Both the position numbers and the translations under genes were made by a program. Below are positions 13,701 through 24,200 of a stretch of 64,000 nucleotides of DNA, one piece after another. The notes under the pieces are model-generated. The model was not told the origin of the DNA, did not search any database, and was given only the letters and a program-made list of their open reading frames with translations. The first letter of the stretch is position 1. Every line of letters begins with the position of its first letter. The stretch covers positions 806,001 through 870,000 of the forward strand of contig JAYWIR010000005.1 of assembly GCA_036172245.1 (NCBI GenBank), in the 5' to 3' direction. This stretch comes from Raillietiella orientalis (taxonomy: Eukaryota).

Positions 13701-16700
13701 TCCTCCCCGGCCATGCCCCGAGTTTGACGGATGAGGGAGCTTCGAGAAGGAGCGCGCGGTCGTCCGCTCAGGAGCAGTCGGGCGCTCTCGCACGGGGGAG
13801 CACTGAGGCGGGGGGTGGAACGATGGGAGGATGGGAGGAATTCTCTCGCGGAGACGGGAACTCCGGTCTGCACTTTCAGGTTGCCATGGAAAGCGGGAAA
13901 AGTCGAGCGGAAGGGGGGGGGGTGAGGGGGCCTCACATGGGGGGGAGGAGTGGGACGAGCCTGGAGGCCTTGGTCCGAAGGGGGGGGGGACAGCAGCAGT
14001 CTCTTTCCGACCGCCGAAACGGATGGTTCTTCCCCGATCGGAAAGGACGCGCTCTCGCGATCCCAGCCGCCGTCTCCCTGGCAACGACCCCTCCCTCTTC
14101 GCCCCCCTTCCTCTCCAGGTTCCGAGGGAGGGAAAAAGAGGGCAAGCTGGGGCAGAGGGCGTCCCCTGCAGGAACGCCGCCAGCGCCTCCCACAAGCCGC
14201 TTCTGCGGCGCCATGCGCCTCCGCGACCCCTCTGAATGACCCGTCCCTTCTCTCTTCCAGGGTGCTGGTGGGCGCGCCAACCGCGCAAACCGACCAGCCG
14301 GGAGTGGATCGTGGCGGCTGCGTCTTCCGCTGCAGCACCGAAGCGTCCGACCTCTGCCAGCAGATCCCCTTCGACAGGACAGGTGGGTTGGCCTTGCTTG
14401 CGGGTCGCGAGGGGGAGGGGAAAGGCTGCAGCAATAAGAGCGGAGGAAGGGGGAATGAGGAGGAGGAGGAACAAGACACGGAAGAAAAGGAGGAAGGGGG
14501 AAGAAGAAGAGGATGAAGAAGAGAAAGAAGAGAAGGTCATCACCACCATCGTCCTCGTCTTCACCTCTGCCGAGCACCACCACCACAATCCTCACCAGCT
14601 CGACTCTCTCACCACGTCATCATCACTATCGTCGCTGTTGCCATGACCACCGTCCTCCTCCTCCTCGTTTTCATGCCTGTCCCACCACTCCTACGATCGT
14701 GGTCGCCGTTGCCACCCCCGACGTGGACTCGACGCCGGGGACGCACCCTGTGAAGGGTGAGGAAGGACTGCAGGGCGTGGGAAGGAGACGAAGGCGGGAA
14801 AAGCGAAGGTGGGGTGAGGTCAGCGGTCTCCTCCTGTCCTCTCCACGCGGCGGCGGCGACCCTCTTGGAACGCTCGTCCTCCCCGTAGGTGGGCGCTGCG
14901 TTTTTCTTCTTCTTCTGCTCCCCCCCTCCCTCGCCCCCTTCCTTTCCCGGAAGCGCCTCCTTCGTCCTCCGGGCGGGGGCGACCCTCTCCTTCGTCGCAC
15001 GTGGGCGCTGCGTGGGCTGGGCAGCTCTTCCGCCCATCCCTCCTCCATAGCCTCGCACTGGCCGCGCATCCCTGGGAATCGGAGGGGGGGAGAACCGGAT
15101 CTTCCGAAGCCCGAGGCGGACCCGCGCCTACCGGGAACCGACGTGGCACGCTCCAGCCTCCTTGGCAACCGCCCTCGGGAGGTGCCGCCCGCTCTTGCCT
15201 GTCTCCTTGGAAACAGCGCTCCCCGGATGTCGCCCGCGCTGCCTCCTCCCTCTTGCGCTCCCCCTCGCTGTGAGATGCCCGAGGGGATCGCACTGTCCTT
15301 TGCTCGGCAACCCGAGGTCGTCCCCTGGCACGTGTCCCCGGAGAGAGAGGTGCCACGGGACGCTTTCTCCCACTCCTCCCTGCCGTCCTCATCCGAAGGC
15401 TGCTGAGGAGGCGCCGCGCTGCCTGGAAGATGCCGTGGCCGTGGATACGCCTCCGCGACGCCTTCCGCGCGTCTCCATCTCTCGGGGTGCGCGAGCTAGA
15501 TGCAACCGAAGCTGGAAAAGATCCAATCCTCCCCCCTCCTCCCCCCCCTTCCGGGGCGGCTAAGAATAGCAGGGAGCTCCCCCGCCCGGAGGTGCGGGCA
15601 CTGGCGGCGGCGGAGTGCCGGCGTGTTCGCCCCCGTCTCCCCCGCGTGCGGGGGTGGCCCTTCCGGTCCGGATCCCCTCTTCCCACCGCCTGCCCTTTGC
15701 TTCCGTTGCGTGGTCCGGCGACCGCGGTCACCGGACAACTACCGACTGCTCCTCCTCCCTTTTCCGCGCACGCGGCGGCCTCTCATCCGCTTCGAGGCAC
15801 CACAGCGCCGACTCCGCCTCGCTGCCGGCGGGCTTCTCCTACACCTCACCTTTTCCAGGCAACCAAAACGTCTCCAACCAGCAGCTGCACCAGAAATCCG
15901 CGCAGTGGTTCGGCGCCACCCTGGTCAGCACGGGAGAGATGGGCGCAGTCGTGGTGAGTACGCCCGCGGGCGCGGGCGCGGCTCAAGATGGGAGGGGCGC
16001 AGCCCCAGAGGGCGCTCGGACCCTCCGGGAGAGATGGTCCCGCCGAGATCAGGAAGCGGGGTCATGACCTTCACCCTGCAGTGCCATCTCCGAACCCGCC
16101 TCGAGCGCTCCCGTTCCCTAGGGACGCCCGTTGGGAACCCCCATCCATGGTCTCCCCCCGGCATTCGTTGCCCCTTCAGCCGCCCCCGCGCTCGTCGTCC
16201 TTCGCCACGGACGGATAGTCCGCAGCGACGGGGTGCGCTCGCGTCGGAGGGGAGGGAAGGTCGCGCGACGGGCGGGCAGCGGCAGCGAGTCGCCTCCATC
16301 GCGGAACGCTGTGGATGGCCATTCCCTTGACGGGGACCGTGGGGCGGGCGCTCCTCCTGAGGGCACGGCGCGCACTCTCTTCCCGCCGCCCACGCGCCCC
16401 GCAGGCGGGCTCGGCCAGGGGGTAAAACTCCGCCGGCCGCTTTCGGCAGTAGACGGCGAGAGGAGGACGAAGGTCATTGAGGGGTCACCTCCCAAGGTGC
16501 CTGCCGGCTTCCGGCCGGGCACTCCGACGCCTCCGTCAGATCGCGCCGCGGAAAGGAGTCGCCCGGGGGCAGGGAGGGGCGTTGCTGGGGTAAAGAGGTA
16601 CAGGTCGGAAGGGCGGGGGACGCTGCTGCTCCGAAGGCAGGGGCCTGAGAACCCTCCACTGGCCGACGGGGCGGAGGGGCTGGGGAACCCTTCATATGTT

Positions 16701-18176
16701 CCCGGGTTCCGGGATCTCCCCTGTGGCACCGTCCGGAACACATCGCGCTCTTGCCGAACCCGCCGGAGGGTGAGGGTGGGGGGGCGTGACCCTTGGCGTC
16801 TCTGCAGGGCGCGGGTGCTCTCGGACCATGGAGCGCGCGGCGAGCTGACCCGAAGGGTCACCTTTGTGTCTCCGCAGGCTTGCGCCCCAAGGTACGTGTG
16901 GTACACGTCCACGGGCAAGAGGAGGGAGCCCGTGGGCACCTGCTTCGTGTCCAGCAGCACCTTCGACCAGTTCTCCGAGTTCTCCCCCTGCAGGACCTGT
17001 GAGTAACGCGCACGCGCGCGGCTGGGTATGAGTGCTCTGCCGCCGGGTGGCCGGGATGGGGAAAGGAGGGGGAAGGGAGAAGAGCCGGCTGCCCTGCGCC
17101 GTGTCCGGCGTCCCGAAGCGAGTGCCGGACCCCCCTCCCTTTTTTTTCCCCGGCTTTCCCAACTCCGCCCCCTTCCCTTCCTCCGGGAACATGCGCCCGG
17201 GATGCTGCCCCCGAATGCCGCAGCCGTTTCCTTGCCGATCGGGGGTTCCTCGTCGGGGAGTAGGGGCAAGGCTGTGGAGGAGGGAGAAAACCCATGTCCG
17301 GAGCGCCGTCGGGTCGCACGCGTCGTACAAGCCACGACGGCGGCAGCGACCTACGGAGAAAGGCGAGAGCGGCGCGCATGCTCTCGGGGGATGCGGCGTG
17401 GCGGCAGGCGACTGCGGGCCGCGGTCGAGCCTGCGCGAGGGGCTCGCTGATGGCCGCGCGGCAGCCTTGGCAACGCGGAGACGCTCGGAAGAACCTGTTC
17501 GGGCGCGAGAGAACCGAGCTGTGTTCTTCTCGACTCCCCCCCCCCTCCTGAGCTCGTTTCGTTCCCACGACGACTGAGACGGCGGCGGCGGCGCTCTATA
17601 TAAATAGCATGTGACGAAAGAGCCATTCGGAAGGAAGGCGACACCGCGCCTTTCCTGCGCATCCAGCGCACGTGGGAGTGTATAGGAGGGAGAAGGGGGG
17701 AGTTCGACGGCGCGTGCGGCTCCCCACCCAGCCCTGCCTGCCTCCTGGTGGGGATGCGCGTGGCCCGCGGGCCCCGGGGGCGTGACGGGCGGCGGAGCGG
17801 AACGAAGCGACCGGGCGCGCGAGAGAGCGGGCAGGTCGCCCGGCGGCTGCTCGGCGGGGCGTCGTCATCGTTGCACGCCTCTCCTCCCCTACCCGCACAG
17901 CGAACCCCGGGGGCCGTTCGCCGGTCACTTCGCCCCCGGAGGCGACCGGCAATCTCCGGGCGCGGAGGAGGCTGGGTGGAGGGAGAGGGGAGGTGCGACC
18001 GCTTCTTCGGCACCTCCGAAGACGTCGGGTGCTGCATGCTTGCTGTTGTGGTTCCCTGTTTTCCGTGTGCTCACTGATTTCTCTGTCTTCCCGAAATCTT
18101 TCCCCCAGGCTACTGTCGCGGTAAGTCCTCACAGATGCTTTTTTTTCCTTTTTGGTTGCCGCCGTAGTCGTAGCGG

Positions 18177-18207
<31 letters not shown>

Positions 18208-21200
18208 TACTGCCGGCTTTGCTTGTTGCACGGCTTTGTCCGAGGGAGGCCGCTGGCGCCGCTGCTTGCCGCGCCGCAGCGAGCGACGGGCACCACTCAC
18301 TGATGCATTTCTTGTCTCCTAGCGTCGTCATGGGGATACCACAGGCAAGGATCGTGTCAGGCGGGCTTCTCGGCGGCCATTAGCCCGGTTGGTGTGCCGC
18401 GCATAGCGGGGGGGTTCTGTTCGAGGGCGCGACCGCGCGCGCGCGCTCCGGTTGTTTGCCGGGAGCAGAGGGGCAGGCATTGCCCGACCCTTCCTTTCCC
18501 TGCTGCTCCCCCGCTCCTGTGACCTGTTCCCCGCGCGTCCCTCGCGCTTTCTTCGCGCAGCGATCGCGCCGCCCCGCGCGTTGACCTCCAGGTGACCTCC
18601 GTCTTTCTCGGTTGCCCCCCCCCAAGGACAAAGAGCTCCTCTTCGTGGGAGGAGCGGGAAGCTACTACTGGCAAGGTATGCGCTCCCGGGTTGTGTGCGG
18701 TCTCTGGAGTTAGTTTGCGTGTCCGCCAGGTCAAGTGTTCGTCAGGAGGCTGCTGCTGCGCTCCCCGACCCTCAGCACCAAGGAGGGACCTGCCCACGAT
18801 GACGATAGCTACCTGGGATACTCCATGGCCGTGGGGGAGTTCTCCGGGGACGGGGCGCGCGACCTGGTCGTCGGCATGCCCCGCGGCGCCAACCTCACCG
18901 GAAAGGTCGGTTCTTCCTGTCCTTCGCCCCTCCTCACCTTTCTGGGCAGATCGTGCTATACAATTCGAACCTGACCAACCTTTACAACATCACCGGGGAC
19001 CAGTTGGGTTCGTACTTCGGCTACTGCGTTGCCGTGGGCGACATCAACGGGGACGGCCTCGACGACATTCTCATCGGCGCGCCCATGCACGCCCACCCCA
19101 ACAACGAGAGGAAGTACGAAACGGGAAGAGTGTACGTCGTGTACCAGAACCGACGGGTGAGAGCGGGACGCGCCGCGATGCCCCGGGCTACCCACCATCC
19201 CTCCCAGCGCTCGCGAAGAGGCCGAGCTTGGCGGCGTCGTGACCCCCAGCGGACGGGGCGCCGTCACGCTCGGTCTCCCTGTTAACAGCCGTCTGACGCT
19301 AACCTGGACGCCCGTAACCAGACGGTATGCCTGCCCTGACACTTTGACCGAGGTCACCTCACTGATGCAGTGTTTTTTTTTTCTCTCTCTCTTTCTCTCC
19401 CGCCTGCTCCCCGACCGATCGCGCCCTCCGTCCCTCCCCCTTCTCTCTTTCTTTCTCTCCGCTCGCTCCCTCCCCGCCGACGCCGGCGCCCGGACGAGCA
19501 GCACCGCTTCCGGCATTGGAGCACCCTCGACGGGAAGAACTCCAAGTCCCGCTTCGGGATGGCCATCACGTCGCTGGGAGACATCAACAAGGACGGTTAC
19601 GGAGGTAAGGTTCCCTTCCCCCCCCCATTCCCCCTCCCCCCTCTTCCTCCCTCTCCTTCCTCATCGTCTTCCCTCTCTTCCTTCCTTTCTCCTCCTCCTC
19701 TTCCCTTCCTCTTCTTCCTCCCCCTCCTTCCTTCCTTTCCTACCTCTTCGTCTTCCCTTCCTTCCTTCCTTCCTTCCTCCTCCCTTCTTCCTCATCTCCC
19801 TCCCTCCCATCCTTCCTTTTCCCCTCTTCTTTCACCCCCTTTCGGAAGCAGCGACACACGCAAAAAAGAACAAGAGGGGAACACAGGTGGGTCCGGTGGA
19901 GACGACGCGTAGGACAGACGCGTGGAGAAGGGGGGGGGGAGGAGGGAGTGACGTAATGCCCCGGAGCGCAGCGGCGTCCGACCGTCCTCCCGCCCGCGCC
20001 GGGGAGGAGGTGCTGCTTCCGCGCGCGCTGTTCTCGCTGCGAACCCGGGGCGCTGCTGTCCTCTTCCTGCGGCTCCTCCTTCGCGTACGACGGCTGGAGG
20101 GAAGGAGGGAGACAGGTACACGGGAGGAAGCGAGGCGAGCGAGTCTGAATGTAGAGGTCGGAGAGCCAGGGCGACGCCGCTTTCCGGAGGGAACCTGAAG
20201 CGTGTGGACCAAAGACACCGGCATGACGAGGCCAGAAAGGCGCCTCCCTCGACCCTGGCAAGGCCAGGGATGGGGGGGGGGGGATCGGAAAAGACGCTTG
20301 CGCAGGGAGGGGGTGCGACGGTCGGCCACGGGGACTGCGGAGGATAAAGTGGCGTCTCCACGCGGGCCGCTAGCAACTCGCGGGGAGACGGGCGGGGGGC
20401 TGCGCTCGCGAGGTGGCGCTCGACGGAGTCTCCCCTGGAAGGATGCGCTCCTTTCCCTCCCCCCCGGCCACCCATGTCGAAGAGGTAGCGGAAGCCGCTG
20501 CACGGGGACTCTTCGCGGCGGGCGCATCCTGGAGGGACGGGGGCCTCCCGGTCCCAGGCGTTCTCTGGTCACCTCCTCCCCCTACGCACCCCCGCGAATC
20601 CTCCCTCCTCCCCCGCTCGGCTCTCCTTCGGACCCGACTTCTCCCTCTGTTCCTTCTCCCAGATTTCGCGGTGGGCGCTCCCTACGACGGTGGAGGCGGG
20701 GCCGTGTACGTGTTCCAAGGGTCCCCCAGCGGGGCAATGGAGGAGCCGTCGCAGGTGCTGTTGGCGAGGACCTTCGGCCCCAACCTGAGAACCTTCGGCT
20801 TTTCGCTGGCCGGCGGCGTTGACATGGACGCCAATGAGTACCCGGACCTCCTGGTGGGCGCGTACGCCTCCGACGCGGTCCTGTACCTCCGGTACGCCAC
20901 GTCGCCCCTTTTAGCGGGCGGCCAGCGGCAGCAGAACCCCCTTCCTCTTTGCAGAGGCCGTCCCGTGGTCGCCCTTCTTGGACACCTGGAGTTCGCGTCC
21001 ACGTCCAAGCAGCTGGACCTCTCCGAGAAGAACTGCGAGCTCCAGGACCGCACCGCGGTCTCCTGCGTGCGGCTGGACTACTGCTTCAACTACACCGGCG
21101 TGGGTGCCTCCCGCAGGATGGGTGAGCGAGCATTCCCCGCTCCTGCGAGACCGCCTTTCTTCCAGATTTTCGCGTCCACTACAAGCTGGACGCCAAGAAA

Positions 21201-24200
21201 GAGAAGAACCCACGGATGTTCTTCCTGAACCAGGAGGGTCAGAGCGTGCGCAACGCCACCGTCTCCCTGGACAAGGTCTCCTACTTCTGCAACAGCACCT
21301 TCGTGTACGTGAAGGTCAGTGGGTCGTTGCCCCCGAGGAGGCACCGCGCTGACCCGTCCTCGCCCCCCGGGGACTCCTGCAGCCGGGCGTGCGCGACAAG
21401 CTCACGCCCATAGTGGCCGAGGTCCACTACAGCATCGACGACGCATACGACGGGCACCTGCAGGGGCAGCGGCAGCTCACGCCCGTCCTGGACCTGTCGC
21501 GGCCTCCGGTGCACAGCGACACCATTCATATCCAGAAGAACTGCGGAAGCGACAACCTATGCATCCCAGACTTGCAGCTCCTCGTCCGGTCGAACCTGGA
21601 CGCGTATCTGCTGGGCTCGCTCGACAGGATGGAGTTTGACGTGCTTATCCGGAACGAGGGGGAGGACTCGTTCGAGTCGACCTTCTACATGTCCATCCCG
21701 GAGGGTGTCAAGTTCATCAACGTCAACAGGACGGAGGTCTCCAAGGAGGCGATCCTCTCCTGCTCCGCGCCGGTGCCTCGCCGCCACGTCCTCAAGTGCG
21801 ACGTGGGCAACCCGCTGCCGGCCTACGGGCACACCGCCTTCAAGGTGTACCTGCGCCCTCAGCAGGGCGTCGAGGCGCGCCACAAGGCCTTCCGCTTCGA
21901 GATGGAGGCCAACAGCACCAACCAGGAGCTCGATGCCAGCAAGGCGGACAACGTGCGCCTCTTCGACATCCCCATCCGGGTGGAGACGGATTGGAAGGTC
22001 ACCGGGTGAGCGCGCGCTGTCGGCCGTGATTTTCTGGTGGCTCTGCCCTTTCCCCAGGGAGGGGAGGGGGACCGGACGGTGGCTTCCGCGCTGGCCCATC
22101 CCCTTCCTCCTCCTCACCATGACGCGCCACCACCTGCTCTTCCCGGGTAGCGGCGCCGAAGACCGTAGCGGCGGCCAGCGTTCCAATGCCGCCGCAACGC
22201 GGGTGCGCTGCGGGGAAGCGGCGGCCGGAGAGGAAGATGTGCGTTTCCAAGGACGACGAGACGGATCTTGCGCGCGCGCCCTGCGCCCCGCCGCTGCATT
22301 CTCTGCTTGCGCCTCCTCCTCCTCCCCCCCTTATTTCCCTGGAGGAAAGGGGGAGCCAAGCTCCCTCTTCCTTTCGGGGAAAGGAAATCCTGATAGACCT
22401 CCTCCCTCCCCGTTCCCCTTCTGAGTTTGCTTGCATGACCGCAGGGCTTCCCGGCCGGACTCCATCAACTACAACCTCTCGGACTACCGCATGACAGACC
22501 ACACACGAGAGGGTCACGTGGGTCCGGAGGTGGTGCACCTGTACAGCGTGAGGAACCTGGGACCGTCGGATATCGTGCAGGCGGAGGTGTTCATCCTGTG
22601 GCCCACGCGGACCCTGAACGGTAGCCAGCAACGCGCCTCTGTCGGCCGTCTTCGCAACAACCGCCCCCTTCTGTTGCAGGCGAGCCCCTGCTGTACCTCC
22701 TCGAGCAGCCTGTGGTCCAGGGAGCGGGAGAGTGCGAGACCGTGAAGGACGTCAACTACCTCCGGCTGCAGGTGAGCGTCCACGCTCTCCTAGGGTGCCA
22801 AGGGGGTGGTGGGCAAGGGATAAGCGGGCAAGGGACGTCGCGTCTCGCGGCGCCACCTTCCGATGAGCGCGGAAGCGCCCCCTTCTCTCCTGCAGCTCGA
22901 CCACAAGAGGCTGCCTGTCTTCAGCGCGTTTACCGAGGTGGAAGCGGCAGCGGCAGGGGCATCGGACGAGACCCAGAGCGTCCATCTGAACAGCTGGGGC
23001 GAAGGCTCCCGCGGGCACCTCTCCACAGGGGGGAGAACCCACGGTAGGCGACGGAGGCCGCGTTTTCCCCACTCGTTCCTTTCTGTCCGCTCTCCCCTCT
23101 GCTGTAGAAACGCGTGTCATAGGGGACCACGAGGAATCCTGGAACGTGCGCCGGGAGGAGGTGGCAGAGAAGGAGGAGGAAAGCGCGAGTCAGCACCACC
23201 GCCGCGTCGGTGGAGGCACCAGGGTAGCGCACAGACAAGATGGAGGCGCTTCCTCCCTCCAGAAGCAGCACCATCACCACCACTACCATCAACAGCAGCA
23301 GACTATCCTGCGCGAGAAGAAGCCTCTGGCGGCTCCCAGGCCTGCAGCTCCGTCCCAGCCACAGCTGCCGCCGCCATCCTCATCGATGACGTCGCAGGTT
23401 GCTCGCGAGGAGTGGCAGAACTCCGGCGTCGTCTGGCAGCCGGAGCACGGCGCCACGGAAACCGAGGAGGCGACGAAAGGAGATAGCGCGCTTCAGTTCC
23501 CGCTCGTTGGATCCGACCTCTCGCGGGGCGAATACGAGGGCTACGACAACGACGATTTCTACGACTACGACGACGAGAGGCAGTACGACGACTACGGCGA
23601 GGACCACGGCTTAGCTGCGGGGCAGGAGCTCCCGGCCTCGTCCAGTGGCGTGCGGGACGCGGCGGGTCTCCAAGGCCACGGAGCCGCCTCGGGAGAGACG
23701 CACAGCGGTTACGACGCGAGCCGCGGCACCGAGTCCTCGTCTTTCTCGTCCCGCGGGTCTGCCATCGGCCACCAGGAAGAGATCCTCCACTCGTCGTCTA
23801 CCGGGCTCCGAGAGGGTCAAGAGCATGTGTCCTCCGACAGCGTCCGTAACGCAGATCTCCAAGGCTACGGGAGTGGTCAAGGAAAGACCTACGGCTCCTA
23901 CGAAGGAGGCTTCGTCGAATCGTCGTCTTCCTTCACGTCCCACGGGTCTGCTGTCGATCAGGGGGAAGAGACCCGCGGATCCTCCACCGATCTCCGGAGC
24001 CAGGGACGTCAGTCTGTTCAGTCTGCTGGCGACGTCCGTGACGCAGATCTCCAAGGTCACGGGAGCGGTCAGGGAAAGACCCATGGCTCCTACAGAGGAG
24101 GCTTCGTCGAATCGTCGTCTTCCTTCACGTCCCACGGGTCTGCCGTCGATCAGGGGGAAGAGACCCGCGGATCGTCCACCGATCTCCGGAGCCAGGGACG

